Made by a program: the position numbers and the translations under genes. From Enterococcus alcedinis (lineage in GTDB: Bacteria > Bacillota > Bacilli > Lactobacillales > Enterococcaceae), in NCBI RefSeq assembly GCF_014635985.1, contig NZ_BMDT01000001.1:157293-221292 (forward strand): a stretch of DNA of 64,000 bases, given 5' to 3'. The first letter of the stretch is position 1; each line of letters opens with the position of its first letter. Shown one piece after another: positions 40,424 to 52,613 of the stretch. The notes beneath the pieces are model-generated. The model did no database searches. It was not told where the DNA came from and worked only from the letters and a program-made list of their open reading frames with translations.

Positions 40424-42880
40424 ATGACTGAACAACAAAATATTCAAAATTTAACGTTAGAAGAAGTGATGGGTGATCGCTTTGGGCGCTATTCGAAATA
40501 TATTATTCAAGAACGTGCATTACCTGACATTCGAGACGGTTTAAAACCCGTTCAACGTCGGATCTTATATGCAATGCATAAAGATGGCAATACATATGAC
40601 AAAGGATTTCGTAAATCAGCGAAGTCAGTCGGAAATATCATGGGGAATTACCATCCCCATGGTGATAGTAGTATCTATGAGGCAATGGTCCGTATGAGTC
40701 AAGATTGGAAATTGCGTGAAGTTTTAATTGAAATGCATGGAAATAACGGAAGTATGGATGGCGATCCTGCAGCAGCAATGCGTTATACCGAAGCACGTCT
40801 TTCAAAGCTAAGTGGTGAAATGTTAAAAGACATTGAAAAAGACACGGTTGATTTAGTCTGGAACTTTGATGATACGGAAAAAGAACCGATTGTTTTGCCC
40901 GCACAATATCCTAACTTACTTGTGAATGGCTCCACCGGAATTTCAGCTGGTTATGCAACAGAAATTCCTACGCATAATTTAGAAGAAATTATAAATGGAA
41001 CGATCTATTTAATTGATCACCCAAATGCATCAGTTGAAAAATTAATGCAATTCATACAAGGTCCAGATTTTCCAACAGGTGGCATTTTACAAGGAAAAGA
41101 TGAAATCAAAAAAGCGTATGAAACGGGCAAGGGCAAAGTTATTTTACGCTCAAAAACAAAATTTGAAACGATTAAGGGTGGTCGTCAACAAATTGTCATT
41201 AATGAAATTCCTTACGAAGTAAACAAAGCGAATTTAGTTAAGAAAATGGATGAAATTCGCCTAAATAAAAAAATTGATGGCATTATTGAAGTGCGTGATG
41301 AAACCGATCGTACTGGATTACAAATCGTTGTTGAGTTAAAAAAAGATGCAAATGCAGAAGGGATTTTAAATTACTTATTTAAAAATACCGATTTGCAAGT
41401 CAATTATAACTTTAATATGGTAGCAATTGATGAAATGCATCCGCGTCAAGTAGGCTTAAAGCGGATTTTAGAAAGCTATATTTTGCACCGCCGAGAAGTT
41501 GTTTTGAAACGAACGCACTATGATTTAGCTAAAGCCAAAAAACGTCAGCACATTGTGGATGGTTTAATGAAAGCTTTATCGATTTTAGATGAAGTGATTG
41601 CGACGATTCGTCAAAGTAAAGATAAAAGAGATGCGAAAGAACAATTGATTTTGCAACATCAGTTTACTGAAGAACAAGCAGAAGCGATTGTGATGTTACA
41701 ACTTTATCGTTTGACGAATACAGATATTACGCAATTACGAGTGGAAGCGAAAGAGTTAGCAGCGTTAATTCAGGAACTATCAAAAATTGTTGCAGAAGAT
41801 GCGGAATTATTGAAAGTTTTGAAAAAAGAATTACGTGAAATAAAAAAACAATATGGCAATCCGCGTAAAACAGAAATTGAAGACGAAATTGAAGAAATTA
41901 TTATCGAAACAGAAGTGTTAGTTATTCCGGAAGAGGTTATTGTAACCATTACAAAGGAAGGCTATTTAAAACGTAGTAGTTTACGTTCGTATCAGGCTTC
42001 GAAACCGAATGAATTAGGAATGAAAGAAGGTGACGAGTTACTTTTTGCTAAGCAGCTTAACACACTCGATCATCTTTATTTAATCACGACTAAAGGAAAT
42101 ATTATTTATCGTCCTGTTCATGAATTGCCAGAAGTACGCTGGAAAGAGTTAGGTGAACACCTTTCGCAAACGATTACGACGTATTTAACAAATGAAGAAG
42201 TTCTTGCTGTTTTTGATTTTAAAGATTTACCAGAAGAATCGAATTTCTTACTTGTTAGTCGTGAAGGTTGGATTAAACAAACGAAATGTTCAGATGTTGC
42301 GCCGTGGCGTACGTATCGTAGTCGTTCGCAAGTAATTATGACTTTAAAAACAGCGACAGATGCTGTTGTTGATGTCTTTTTAGTCAATCCGACCGATTCT
42401 CTCGATATCTTCTTGGCCAGCAATCAATCTTATGGTTTACGTTATGCCATTGATGAAATCCCAACTGTCGGCGCTCGGGCGGCAGGCGTCAAGTCGATGA
42501 ATCTAAAGGAAAATGATTTCATTGTTAATGCATTAGTCGTCTATTCTGAGGGTGATTCTCCAATTGTGATTATTAGCCAGCGTGGAGCAGTGAAACGCAT
42601 GTTAGCGCAAGAAGTACCGCAAATGGGACGGGCGAAACGTGGTCAGCTGATTCTAAGAGAATTAAAAAGCAATCCACACCGCATTGTTTTCATGGGAGTA
42701 GGAGAAAAGCGTAGTTATATTGTTCATAATCAAAAAGGGGAAGAAAAAGTCTTTAAGACAGAAGACTTCCCAGTTGCCGATCGGACATCAAATGGCAGCT
42801 TTATCTTAGATGAAAAACAAGGCGGAGAAATCAGTGAAGTACGTCAAGCCGATGTTTTTGAATCACTTGAAAATAATTAA
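40424..42880 (+). CDS. parC: DNA topoisomerase IV subunit A.
   Basis: Catalytic-tyrosine region (AAMRYTEARL) and a GyrA/ParC C-terminal beta-pinwheel. 818 aa. Confidence 0.9.
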   Translation: MTEQQNIQNLTLEEVMGDRFGRYSKYIIQERALPDIRDGLKPVQRRILYAMHKDGNTYDKGFRKSAKSVGNIMGNYHPHGDSSIYEAMVRMSQDWKLREVLIEMHGNNGSMDGDPAAAMRYTEARLSKLSGEMLKDIEKDTVDLVWNFDDTEKEPIVLPAQYPNLLVNGSTGISAGYATEIPTHNLEEIINGTIYLIDHPNASVEKLMQFIQGPDFPTGGILQGKDEIKKAYETGKGKVILRSKTKFETIKGGRQQIVINEIPYEVNKANLVKKMDEIRLNKKIDGIIEVRDETDRTGLQIVVELKKDANAEGILNYLFKNTDLQVNYNFNMVAIDEMHPRQVGLKRILESYILHRREVVLKRTHYDLAKAKKRQHIVDGLMKALSILDEVIATIRQSKDKRDAKEQLILQHQFTEEQAEAIVMLQLYRLTNTDITQLRVEAKELAALIQELSKIVAEDAELLKVLKKELREIKKQYGNPRKTEIEDEIEEIIIETEVLVIPEEVIVTITKEGYLKRSSLRSYQASKPNELGMKEGDELLFAKQLNTLDHLYLITTKGNIIYRPVHELPEVRWKELGEHLSQTITTYLTNEEVLAVFDFKDLPEESNFLLVSREGWIKQTKCSDVAPWRTYRSRSQVIMTLKTATDAVVDVFLVNPTDSLDIFLASNQSYGLRYAIDEIPTVGARAAGVKSMNLKENDFIVNALVVYSEGDSPIVIISQRGAVKRMLAQEVPQMGRAKRGQLILRELKSNPHRIVFMGVGEKRSYIVHNQKGEEKVFKTEDFPVADRTSNGSFILDEKQGGEISEVRQADVFESLENN

Positions 42881-42898
42881 CTGTCTTAGTTTTAAACT

Positions 42899-42942
42899 CA
42901 AACAGGTCTATCTGTATCAATACAGATAGACCTGTTTTTTTG
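42899..42942 (+). terminator. Rho-independent terminator after parC.
   Basis: aacaggtctatctgtat…tacagatagacctgtt stem (16 bp) followed by TTTTTTT. Confidence 0.8.
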
Positions 42943-43158
42943 CATTGTTCAATCATTACTTTGTGTTTTAAAATGATTTGTCTAAATGAATCACAATTAG
43001 AAAAGCTTTTATATCAATGTTTACATGTATATTTTTCGAAAAAACAGTAAAGTTGTTCAAAAAAAGATATTGAATGACTTGCAAAAGGTGTCCGTTGTGT
43101 TATACTATTCACGTAGAGCTGTTACATAAGAGAGCAGAATATAAGGAGGACCATCAAT

Positions 43159-45438
43159 ATGTCATCTGAAGTGAAAAATGTAGAAAAATTAAACAAAGCA
43201 TGGAACGGATTTAAAGGCGGACGTTGGGAGTCAGAAGTCGATACACGTGGATTTATTCAAGCGAACTACACTGAATACCGTGGCGACGATAGCTTTTTAG
43301 AAGGAATCGCACCAAGCACAGATAAGCTTTGGACCAAGTTACAAGAATTATTTGATGTTCAACATGAGCGCAATGGTGTCTATGACATGGATACAAACAA
43401 TCCAGCGACACTAACTTCTCATGGACCAGGTTACTTAATTAAAGAAGAAGAAAAAATTGTCGGATTACAAACAGAAGTACCATTGAAACAAGCATTCCAA
43501 CCATTTGGTGGAATCAACATGGCTAACGGTGCATTAGTTTCGAATGGCTATGAAGTTGATGAAGAAATGACAAAAATCTTTACCGATTACCGTAAAACAC
43601 ATAACCAAGGTGTTTTTGATGCTTACACGCCTGAAATGCGTTTAGCGCGTAAAACAAAAATCATTACTGGGTTACCAGATGCTTATGGACGTGGCCGTAT
43701 TATCGGTGATTACCGTCGTGTGGCACTATACGGTATTGATTTCTTAATGGAACAAAAGAAAAAAGACCACGATAACACAGGGAATAAAGTCATGACTGAT
43801 GACGTCATTCGCTTACGTGAAGAGATTTCTGAGCAATATCGTGCATTAAATGACTTAAAGAAAATGGCAGCATCGTATGGATTTGATATTTCACGTCCAG
43901 CTGAAAATGCACAAGAAGCGGTTCAATGGTTATACTTTGGTTACTTAGGTGCTATTAAAGCACAAAATGGTGCGGCAATGTCAATCGGTCGTATTTCAGC
44001 GTTCTTAGATATTTATATCCAACGTGATTTAGATAACGGTGTGATTACTGAATTTGAAGCGCAAGAATTAATCGATCATTTAATTATGAAGTTACGTATG
44101 GTTAAATTTGCACGTACACCAGAATACAACCAATTATTCTCAGGTTATCCAATTTGGGCAACATTATCAATTGCAGGAATGGGATTAGACGGTCGTTCAT
44201 TGGTTACGAAAAATGATTTCCGTATTTTACACACATTAACAAATATGGGACCATCTCCAGAACCAAACTTAACTGTTTTATATTCATCTCATTTGCCAGA
44301 AGGATTCAGAACTTTTGCAGCTAAAATTGCGAAAGAAAGTTCTTCAATTCAATTTGAAAACGATGATTTATTACGTTCAAACTGGGGATCAGATGACTGT
44401 GCAATTGCTTGTTGTGTATCTGCAACAGTAATGGGTAAAGATATGCAATTCTTTGGTGCTCGTGCGAACCTTGCCAAAGCGGTATTATACGCAATTAACG
44501 GTGGTGTCGATGAGAAGACAAAAATGCAAGTTTCACCAAAATTCCGCCCAATGGAAGGTGACACATTAGATTACAACGAATTCATGGAACGTTTCAAAGA
44601 TATCATGGATTGGTTAGCAGAGTTATATGTCAATACATTAAACGTGATTCACTACATGCATGATAAATATGCATATGAAGCAGCACAATTAGCCTTAATG
44701 GATAGTGATTTAAAACGCACTTTCGCAACAGGTATTGCGGGAATCTCTCATGCTGCTGATAGTGTGATGGCGATTAAACATGGTAACGTAAAAGTAATTC
44801 GTGATGAAGATGGTATGGCCATTGATTATGTACCACAAAACGAATTCCCAACATACGGAAATGACAACCAAGAAGCCGATGCAATGGCGAACTGGATTTT
44901 AGATTACTTCATGACGCAAATTAAACGTCAACATACTTACCGTAATTCAACACCAACAACGTCATTATTAACAATCACTTCGAACGTTGTATACGGTAAA
45001 GCAACTGGTAACACACCAGACGGTCGTCGTGCAGGTAAACCATTAGCACCAGGTGCAAACCCAAGTTACCAAGACGGTAAATTCTTAGGTGAGAAAAATG
45101 GCTTATTAGCGTCATTAAACTCAACAGCACGTCTAGAATATACACACGCATTAGACGGTATTTCAAATACACAAACGATTAATCCAAATGGTTTAGGTAA
45201 AGATGAAGATACACGTATTGCGAACTTACGTAACGTGATGGATGGTTACTTTGATAATGGTGGTTTCCACTTAAACGTGAACGTGTTTACGAACGAATTA
45301 CTATTGGATGCGCAAAAACATCCTGAAAAATATCCAAACTTAACGATTCGCGTTTCAGGTTACGCTGTGAAATTCCGTGACTTAACTCCTGAGCAACAAG
45401 CAGACGTTATTTCAAGAACTTCACACGACAAACTATAA
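43159..45438 (+). CDS. pflB: Formate C-acetyltransferase (pyruvate formate-lyase).
   Basis: 759 aa. Glycyl-radical motif RVSGY near the C-terminus and catalytic Cys-Cys (CCVS). RBS AGGAGG. Confidence 0.95.
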   Translation: MSSEVKNVEKLNKAWNGFKGGRWESEVDTRGFIQANYTEYRGDDSFLEGIAPSTDKLWTKLQELFDVQHERNGVYDMDTNNPATLTSHGPGYLIKEEEKIVGLQTEVPLKQAFQPFGGINMANGALVSNGYEVDEEMTKIFTDYRKTHNQGVFDAYTPEMRLARKTKIITGLPDAYGRGRIIGDYRRVALYGIDFLMEQKKKDHDNTGNKVMTDDVIRLREEISEQYRALNDLKKMAASYGFDISRPAENAQEAVQWLYFGYLGAIKAQNGAAMSIGRISAFLDIYIQRDLDNGVITEFEAQELIDHLIMKLRMVKFARTPEYNQLFSGYPIWATLSIAGMGLDGRSLVTKNDFRILHTLTNMGPSPEPNLTVLYSSHLPEGFRTFAAKIAKESSSIQFENDDLLRSNWGSDDCAIACCVSATVMGKDMQFFGARANLAKAVLYAINGGVDEKTKMQVSPKFRPMEGDTLDYNEFMERFKDIMDWLAELYVNTLNVIHYMHDKYAYEAAQLALMDSDLKRTFATGIAGISHAADSVMAIKHGNVKVIRDEDGMAIDYVPQNEFPTYGNDNQEADAMANWILDYFMTQIKRQHTYRNSTPTTSLLTITSNVVYGKATGNTPDGRRAGKPLAPGANPSYQDGKFLGEKNGLLASLNSTARLEYTHALDGISNTQTINPNGLGKDEDTRIANLRNVMDGYFDNGGFHLNVNVFTNELLLDAQKHPEKYPNLTIRVSGYAVKFRDLTPEQQADVISRTSHDKL

Positions 45439-45508
45439 TTGTTATACTTATGAAGGGTGACAGCCTCAGCTGCTCACCCTTTTTTGAAAGAGAAGGGAAG
45501 AGATTACT

Positions 45509-46276
45509 TTGACAACTCCAATTATGGGAAGTATTCATTCGACTGAAAGTTTCGGTACCGTTGATGGACCTGGCGTACGTTTTATTGTGTTTACGCAAGG
45601 TTGTCGTATGCGTTGCCAATTTTGCCATAATCCAGATACTTGGAAAATTAATGATCCAAAAGCTTCCGTACGATCGGCAGACGATGTTTTAGAAGAAGCA
45701 TTGAAATACCGTCCATACTGGGGGAAAAATGGGGGGATAACAGTAAGTGGTGGTGAACCTTTACTGCAAATGGACTTTTTGATCGATTTATTCAAGAAGG
45801 CTAAAGCATTAGGAATTCATACAACCATTGATACTTGTGGAAAACCATTTACTCGAGAAGAACCATTTTTCTCAAAATTTGCAGAGTTAATGTCTTATAC
45901 GGACCTTTTCTTATTTGATATTAAACACATCGATAATGAAGGACATAAGGAACTAACGACTCAGACGAATGAAAATATTTTAGAGATGGCACAATATCTA
46001 TCTGAAATTAAGCAACCAGTTTGGATTCGCCACGTATTAGTTCCAACAAAGACTGATTATGATGAATTTTTAATTCGCTTAGATAGTTTTATTAAAACAT
46101 TGGATAATGTTGATAAAGTAGAAGTTTTACCTTATCACACAATGGGACGTTATAAATGGGCTGAACTAGGTTTGAAGTATCCTTTAGAGGGGATTGAACC
46201 ACCAACCAACCCACGTGTTGAAAATGCTAAAAAGCTACTACACGTTGAGGATTACCAAGGGTATCTAACACGTTAG
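45509..46276 (+). CDS. pflA: Pyruvate formate-lyase activating enzyme (radical SAM).
   Basis: CQFCHN (CxxxCxxC) radical-SAM cluster motif, and GSIHSTESFGTVDGPG, which matches the E. coli PflA N-terminus. The true start is either the TTG at 45509 or the ATG at 45524. Confidence 0.9.
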   Translation: MTTPIMGSIHSTESFGTVDGPGVRFIVFTQGCRMRCQFCHNPDTWKINDPKASVRSADDVLEEALKYRPYWGKNGGITVSGGEPLLQMDFLIDLFKKAKALGIHTTIDTCGKPFTREEPFFSKFAELMSYTDLFLFDIKHIDNEGHKELTTQTNENILEMAQYLSEIKQPVWIRHVLVPTKTDYDEFLIRLDSFIKTLDNVDKVEVLPYHTMGRYKWAELGLKYPLEGIEPPTNPRVENAKKLLHVEDYQGYLTR

Positions 46277-46281
46277 ATTAA

Positions 46282-46316
46282 TACAGCCTTTTCCGTTAAA
46301 GAAAAGGCTGTATTTT
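46282..46316 (+). terminator. Rho-independent terminator after pflA.
   Basis: acagccttttc…gaaaaggctgt stem followed by a T-run. Confidence 0.7.
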
Positions 46317-46390
46317 TATGGAATCAGCTAGAATTATGTAAGATAATTTGCTATTATTAGTGTTGAATTGCAAAGAATGGAGCGAAAATC

Positions 46391-47317
46391 ATGTCAAAAA
46401 TTTTAATCTTTGGTCACCAAAATCCGGATACGGATGCAATTGGGGCAGCAATCGCTTATGCGAACTTACAAAAAGCTTTAGGAAAAGATGCTGAGGCTGT
46501 TGCTTTAGGTACGCCAAGTGAAGAAACACAGTACGCATTGGATTATTTTAAATTAGCAGCTCCAAGAGTCATCTCTTCAGTCAAAGAAGAAACAACTGAC
46601 GTTATGTTAGTGGATCATAATGAATTCCAACAAAGTGTGTCTGATATTGCGGAGTTAAATATCTTAGCCGTAGTCGATCATCACCGAATTGCCAACTTTG
46701 AAACAGCGAATCCATTATACTATCGCTGTGAACCAGTTGGTTGTACAAGTACGATTATCTTTAAATTGTATAAAGAAGCTGGCATTGAAGTACCTCAAGC
46801 CATTGCGGGTATGATGTTATCTGCGATTGTTTCAGATACGTTACTATTTAAATCACCAACATGCACGCCAGAAGACGTTACTGCAGCCAACGAATTAGCA
46901 GCAATTGCACAAGTAGAACTTGAAGTCTACGGTCTAGCAATGCTAAAAGCCGGTACAAACTTAAGCGATAAATCTGTTGAAACGTTGATTGATTTAGATG
47001 CAAAAAGCTTTACAATGGGCGATAAAGTCGTTCGAGTGGCTCAAGTAAATACCGTTGACCTCAATGAAGTATTTGATCGTCAAGCAGATCTAGAAGCAGT
47101 AATGGCGAAAGAAAATCAAGCAAATAACTATGATTTATTCCTATTAATTGCAACGGATATTTTAGCAAGTGATTCTGAATTATTAGTGATTGGTGAACCT
47201 GTTGCGAATGTTGAAAAAGCATTTGGAACAACTTTAACGAATAACCGTGCGTTTTTACCAGGCGTTGTCTCTCGTAAAAAACAAGTCGTTCCTCAATTAA
47301 CTGAAAGTTTTAACTAA
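46391..47317 (+). CDS. ppaC: Mn-dependent inorganic pyrophosphatase (family II, DHH-DHHA2).
   Basis: [19 protein letters not shown]-terminus and DHH motif (VDHHR). Confidence 0.9.
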   Translation: MSKILIFGHQNPDTDAIGAAIAYANLQKALGKDAEAVALGTPSEETQYALDYFKLAAPRVISSVKEETTDVMLVDHNEFQQSVSDIAELNILAVVDHHRIANFETANPLYYRCEPVGCTSTIIFKLYKEAGIEVPQAIAGMMLSAIVSDTLLFKSPTCTPEDVTAANELAAIAQVELEVYGLAMLKAGTNLSDKSVETLIDLDAKSFTMGDKVVRVAQVNTVDLNEVFDRQADLEAVMAKENQANNYDLFLLIATDILASDSELLVIGEPVANVEKAFGTTLTNNRAFLPGVVSRKKQVVPQLTESFN

Positions 47318-47402
47318 AAAAATGAACACTTATTGTTTTAAAAGCGAGTTGTTTTATACGCTGAAGCAATAAGTGTTTTTGTTTTAGAAAGAAGGAAAGA
47401 AA

Positions 47403-48245
47403 ATGAGAGTTTTAGTCGATGAAAGGAATCCAAAATTAATAAAGATGCTGGAAGGGGCCTTTTTTCAACAATTGTATTTATTGTTGAGCACCAGCTCGGA
47501 AGCGCCGACGTTACGTCAAATTAAAGCATCCGTGGATGAACCTAAAGTGGAGAAAACACTTGATTATTTTATCAAAGAAAAGATTATTTCGAGAGTTAAT
47601 AAACGGTATTTTTTGACCATACCGACAATCAAAGATGATGACGAAGACTTACTCGCATCGATTGCTCAAGAATTGATTGAAAACTTAGGGAATTATAGTA
47701 AAGAACAACAAATATTGTACATCGAGGCGCTCTATCAAAGAATCGGTCAACACCCACCAATCGAAATAGCAGAAGAATATCCGATGTTGATACTTAATTC
47801 GATTGAAACAGACTTGCTAAAAGTTCTCTCTTTTGAAAAGGAGCGATGGGCCTTTAATTTACCGAACTATTTTCAAGCGCAACGAATGCCAACAATAAAA
47901 ACTGAATTTGAAGCAATGACAGCCTTAATTGGGGATGTAAACCCAAGTTATTATTTAGATCAAGTCTTTGTTTTAGTTGAGAAGATGACTGAGGGTCAAA
48001 AAGTGAGAGAAAGTATCTTTTTAAAATCCTTAGAAATATGTGGGATTTTGCAACGAAAAGAGAATATTTCACTGACGGTCCCAGTGATCGGGTTAAAAGA
48101 GGAAGTCAATCTAAACGAATTGCCATCAGCCTACAAACAATTGAATCCAATACAACAAAAGAGTCTGTTACTAATGGTTGTTGAGTCATTGAACTTAGTT
48201 AATCAGACCGTTTTTGTTATAAAAAAAGAAGGGAATGCTTCCTAG
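47403..48245 (+). CDS. Hypothetical protein, possibly DUF1803-like, with an N-terminal winged-helix-like region.
   Basis: 280 aa, with no TM segments or catalytic motifs recognised. Residues about 30-75 (PTLRQIKASVDEPKVEKTLDYFIKEKIISRVNKRYFLT) look like a wHTH. The family assignment is from memory and is uncertain. Confidence 0.45.
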   Translation: MRVLVDERNPKLIKMLEGAFFQQLYLLLSTSSEAPTLRQIKASVDEPKVEKTLDYFIKEKIISRVNKRYFLTIPTIKDDDEDLLASIAQELIENLGNYSKEQQILYIEALYQRIGQHPPIEIAEEYPMLILNSIETDLLKVLSFEKERWAFNLPNYFQAQRMPTIKTEFEAMTALIGDVNPSYYLDQVFVLVEKMTEGQKVRESIFLKSLEICGILQRKENISLTVPVIGLKEEVNLNELPSAYKQLNPIQQKSLLLMVVESLNLVNQTVFVIKKEGNAS

Positions 48246-48378
48246 TCGAGGCATTTCCTTCTTTTTTTGCAAAAATAACTAACATTATGGTTAGTGATGA
48301 ATAAGATTTTGATTAGATTTATGTTATAATGTAATTAGTATTATGAAAAGTATAAATGGGAAAATGGAGGAGGTTGTG

Positions 48379-50292
48379 ATGGGAAAGCAAAAGATAGATG
48401 AGCAACAAGAGCTGCATGGTTTTTTGACAGGTGAGAATTTCTATGTGCAGCAAATTCTAGGTCTTCATGAAGAGGATGGCAAGTATGTTTTTCGTGTTTG
48501 GGCACCAAATGCACAAAAAGTCTGGCTTGTTGGCGACTTTAACGATTGGGAAAATACGCTTTTAATGGAGCAAGATAGAGACTCTGGGGTTTGGTTGATT
48601 GAAACGACGTTGCCAAAGCAAGGTGACTTATATAAATTCAATGTGCAACGTACAGATGGGACACAAATCATGAAGCTTGATCCTTTCGCTACTCGATTTG
48701 AAACACGACCTGGAACAGCCGCAGTCATCCAATCAATGGGGGATAAAAAATGGCGTGACGGACTCTGGCGCGGGCGTCAAAAGCGCAGTAATCACTTAAA
48801 AAGACCGATAAATATTTATGAAGTACATGCGAGTTCTTGGCGTCAAAAAGAAACAGGGGAACCTTATACTTTTCATGAATTAAAAGATCATTTGATTCCT
48901 TACGTTAAAAAAATGCAGTATACCCATGTTGAATTTATGCCGTTGATGGAACATCCTTTGGGTGCTTCATGGGGATATCAACTAACGGGTTTTTTTGCAC
49001 TAGCTTCTTACTATGGTACACCAGAAGATTTTCAGGAGTTTGTTGAGGCATGTCATTTAGCCAACATTGGCGTAATTGTGGATTGGGTTCCAGGTCATTT
49101 TTGTGCCAATGAAGACACGTTGCCTTATTATGATGGCACACCAACTTTTGAATATGCGGATTCCAATCGTGCGAAAAATCGCCGTTGGGGTGTTCATAAT
49201 TTTGATTTGGGAAAACCACAAGTGCAGAGTTTTTTGATTTCAAGTGCCTTGTATTGGATTGATACCTTTCATCTTGATGGTATTCGCGTGGATGCTGTTT
49301 CGAATATGTTGTACTTAGACTATGACGAAGGGCCATGGACGCCCAATCATGAAGGTGGAAATCGTAATTTTGAAGGCTATTACTTTTTGCAAAAACTATC
49401 TTCTGTGTTGAAACAAAAACATCCGAACATCTTGCTGATTGCAGAGGAGAGTACGTCACAGACCCAAATTACCGGACCGATTACAACAGGTGCATTGGGA
49501 TTTGATTATAAATGGAATATGGGTTGGATGAATGATATTTTGCGTTTTTATCAGATGGATCCGATTGAGCGTAAACACCATTTTCATTTAGTAACCTTTT
49601 CATTTATGTATGCGTTCAATGAAAATTATTTATTAGCATTGTCACATGATGAAGTTGTCCACGGGAAGAAAAGTTTAATGCATAAAATGTGGGGCGATCG
49701 CTACAAACAATTTTCACAGTTACGTAACTTATATGCCTTTATGTATGCCCATCCCGGGAAAAAATTATTATTTATGGGAGGGGAATGGGGGCAGTTTCTC
49801 GAATGGAAACATGATCAGGGGTTAGAGTGGGTAGATCTACAGGATTCCTTTAATTACCAGATGCAAATCTATACGAAGCATTTGAATCACTTGTACAAAG
49901 AACAACGTGCGTTGTGGGAAATGGAGGACTCGTCGACTACGATTCGTTGGATTGATGACAGTCCAGAAGATTCCATTTTAGCATTTATTCGGCAAGGGCA
50001 TCGAAAAAAAGATTTTCTAATTATCATTGTGAATTTAGTTCCTGTTGAACGCGTAAATTATCCAATTGCAGTCCCTTATGAAGGGGAGTATGAAGAAATT
50101 TTAAATACCGAACGCGCCACGTTTGGAGGCACATGGGAAGAAGGAAACCCTGTTTGTGAGACAACTGAGCAAACAATGAATGCTTTTTCCTATCAAATTA
50201 CACCGACCATTCCAGCGTTAGGCGTGCTGTATTTGCGACCAAAAAAAATTCAAATACGAAAAACCGAAGTGAAAGGGGGGAAAGAGCTGTAA
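48379..50292 (+). CDS. glgB: 1,4-alpha-glucan branching enzyme.
   Basis: CBM48/E-set N-terminus and a GH13 catalytic core (DWVPGHF, GIRVDAV, EESTS). Start at the ATG at 48379 after RBS GGAGGAGG; the track starts at 48343. Confidence 0.9.
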   Translation: MGKQKIDEQQELHGFLTGENFYVQQILGLHEEDGKYVFRVWAPNAQKVWLVGDFNDWENTLLMEQDRDSGVWLIETTLPKQGDLYKFNVQRTDGTQIMKLDPFATRFETRPGTAAVIQSMGDKKWRDGLWRGRQKRSNHLKRPINIYEVHASSWRQKETGEPYTFHELKDHLIPYVKKMQYTHVEFMPLMEHPLGASWGYQLTGFFALASYYGTPEDFQEFVEACHLANIGVIVDWVPGHFCANEDTLPYYDGTPTFEYADSNRAKNRRWGVHNFDLGKPQVQSFLISSALYWIDTFHLDGIRVDAVSNMLYLDYDEGPWTPNHEGGNRNFEGYYFLQKLSSVLKQKHPNILLIAEESTSQTQITGPITTGALGFDYKWNMGWMNDILRFYQMDPIERKHHFHLVTFSFMYAFNENYLLALSHDEVVHGKKSLMHKMWGDRYKQFSQLRNLYAFMYAHPGKKLLFMGGEWGQFLEWKHDQGLEWVDLQDSFNYQMQIYTKHLNHLYKEQRALWEMEDSSTTIRWIDDSPEDSILAFIRQGHRKKDFLIIIVNLVPVERVNYPIAVPYEGEYEEILNTERATFGGTWEEGNPVCETTEQTMNAFSYQITPTIPALGVLYLRPKKIQIRKTEVKGGKEL

Positions 50293-50331
50293 TTTAACGG
50301 GAGGAAGTTCGAACGATTTTAATTACAGCTT

Positions 50332-51483
50332 ATGACCATGAAAAATGAAATGATTGGAATGATCTTAGCAGGAGGTCAGGGAACACGATTAGGTAAATTA
50401 ACGAAACATATTGCAAAACCAGCTGTTCCATTTGGTGGGCGTTATCGAATTATTGATTTTACTCTGAGTAATTGTGCAAATTCAGGCATTAATCATGTGG
50501 GCGTCGTTACACAATATCAGCCTTTGGCATTAAATTCTCATATTGGAAATGGTGTAAACTGGGGACTAAATGGTATCAACTCAGGAGTGACAATTTTACA
50601 ACCTTATTCTAGTGCAGAAGGAAGTAAATGGTTTGAAGGGACCGCACATGCGATTTATCAAAACATTGATTATATTGATGAATTAAATCCACAATACGTT
50701 TTGATTCTATCGGGTGATCATATTTATAAAATGGACTATGAAGAGATGTTAGACAATCACAAAGCCAACAATGCATCGCTGTCAGTTGCAGTTATTGGAG
50801 TACCGATGAAAGAAGCATCGCGTTTTGGAATCATGAACACTGATGAATACGATCGGATTATTGAATTCGACGAAAAACCGAAACAACCGAAAAGTAATTT
50901 AGCGTCGATGGGTATTTATATTTTTAACTGGGGTCGATTACGCGAAATGTTACTGAGTAATTACGCCATGGATAACAAAATGGAAGACTTTGGAAAAGAT
51001 GTAATCCCGGCTTATTTAGCCAGTGGGGCAAATGTATTTGCGTATCGCTTTGATGGTTACTGGAAAGACGTAGGGACAATTGATTCGTTATGGGAAGCGA
51101 ATATGGAGTTTTTGGATTTAGATATGTCACTCAATATCCGTGATAAAAATTGGCGTGTCTATTCTAAAAACCGTATCTCACCACCTCACTTTGTAACAAG
51201 CACCGGTTCGGTTAAAGATGCCTTAATTTCAGATGGTTGTTACATTTCTGGGGAAATTAACCATAGTATTTTATCAGAAGATGTGCAAATCAAAGAAGGA
51301 TCGGTCATCACTGATTGCGTAATCATGTCCGGTGCAACGATTGGTAAAAATGTTACTTTGAATCGTGTGATTGTCGGTGAAGATGCGATTATTGGCAACA
51401 ATGCAACGATTGATGGTAGTGAGGAAATCGCTGTCGTGGGCTATTCTGAAGTGATTGGAGTGACGAAAAATGAAGGCGAATAA
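50332..51483 (+). CDS. glgC: Glucose-1-phosphate adenylyltransferase.
   Basis: [14 protein letters not shown] nucleotidyltransferase motif plus a C-terminal left-handed beta-helix. Confidence 0.9.
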   Translation: MTMKNEMIGMILAGGQGTRLGKLTKHIAKPAVPFGGRYRIIDFTLSNCANSGINHVGVVTQYQPLALNSHIGNGVNWGLNGINSGVTILQPYSSAEGSKWFEGTAHAIYQNIDYIDELNPQYVLILSGDHIYKMDYEEMLDNHKANNASLSVAVIGVPMKEASRFGIMNTDEYDRIIEFDEKPKQPKSNLASMGIYIFNWGRLREMLLSNYAMDNKMEDFGKDVIPAYLASGANVFAYRFDGYWKDVGTIDSLWEANMEFLDLDMSLNIRDKNWRVYSKNRISPPHFVTSTGSVKDALISDGCYISGEINHSILSEDVQIKEGSVITDCVIMSGATIGKNVTLNRVIVGEDAIIGNNATIDGSEEIAVVGYSEVIGVTKNEGE

Positions 51484-52609
51484 AATGTGTGCGTTAATTG
51501 GAAACATTCATCGTTACGATGAACTATTACCATTGATTGAAAACCGTCCGATTGCAACCTTGCCTTTTGCTAGTAAATATCGTTTATTGGATTTCAATTT
51601 ATCGAATGTTGCGAATGCGAATATACCATCAGTGTTTATGGTATTTAATGAAGGTGAGACCCGTTCCGTTTTCGATCATATTGGTGGTGGGCGAGAATGG
51701 AGTTTAGATGGTGTCAAAAACCGTTTCTTCATTCACATCTATCAAGACTATACGAGAAAAGCAGACAATAACCGTAGTTACTATGAATTAATTATTGACT
51801 ATTTACTAAAATCAAAAGCAGAATATGCGGTGTATATGGGTAGTAAATTCTTATGTAATATCGATTTACGGGCGATTCAAGCCATTCATAGACAAAAAAA
51901 ATCTGACCTGACGGTTGTTTATAAACGAGTAGAAAAAGAACGAGTACATCCCTCGGATATTTTACTCAAAATGGATGCGGAAAATATTGTCGTGGAAAAA
52001 GCTTCAGCTAGTGCAGTGGAACCTGCGGAATTAGTCAATCTATGTACAGATATTTATATTATAAAGACAGAACGATTAATTGAATTGCTTAGAAAACGTC
52101 AAGCGGCGGGAGTCGTTGGAAGCCTAGAAAATTTATTGCGAGAGTCGATTGGTCAAAATACATCTGCTTATGAATACACAGGTTATTTGACGAATATTTA
52201 TGACATTTCTTCCTATTACCAATCCAACATGGACATGTTAGATGTCAAAAAATTCAATTCGTTATTGTATTCAAGTCAAAAGGTTTATACGAAAATGAAG
52301 GATGAAGTACCGACTTATTATAGTCGAACATCAGATACGAGTGACAGCCTCTTAGCTACCGGTTGTACAATTGAAGGAGAAGTTGAGCATTCCCTCATTA
52401 GTCGAGGCACGCATGTCTTTGAAGACGCACATGTAGAGCATTCCATTATCTTTTCAGGTAACACGATCCATTCAAATGCTCAAGTTTCGTATGCAATCTT
52501 AGACAAAAATGTGATAGTGGATCCACATGTTCGAATAATTGGGACCGCAAATAAACCAGTCGTTGTACCAAAAGGACAACATGTCACGACGGATATTATT
52601 GGAGGGTGA
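51470..52609 (+). CDS. glgD: Glycogen biosynthesis protein GlgD (regulatory ADP-glucose pyrophosphorylase paralog).
   Basis: GlgC-like fold that lacks the GGxGxRL motif. Overlaps the glgC stop by 14 nt. This is the typical Firmicutes glgC-glgD pair. Confidence 0.85.
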   Translation: MKANKMCALIGNIHRYDELLPLIENRPIATLPFASKYRLLDFNLSNVANANIPSVFMVFNEGETRSVFDHIGGGREWSLDGVKNRFFIHIYQDYTRKADNNRSYYELIIDYLLKSKAEYAVYMGSKFLCNIDLRAIQAIHRQKKSDLTVVYKRVEKERVHPSDILLKMDAENIVVEKASASAVEPAELVNLCTDIYIIKTERLIELLRKRQAAGVVGSLENLLRESIGQNTSAYEYTGYLTNIYDISSYYQSNMDMLDVKKFNSLLYSSQKVYTKMKDEVPTYYSRTSDTSDSLLATGCTIEGEVEHSLISRGTHVFEDAHVEHSIIFSGNTIHSNAQVSYAILDKNVIVDPHVRIIGTANKPVVVPKGQHVTTDIIGG

Positions 52610-52613
52610 AGGG

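Noticed and set aside
42978-42996. Rex-box-like sequence TTGTCTAAATGAATCACAA upstream of pflB.
   Set aside because: Only one half-site (aTCACAA) fits the TTGTGAA-N4-TTCACAA consensus, and the spacing is off by one. It is not convincing without a PWM scan.
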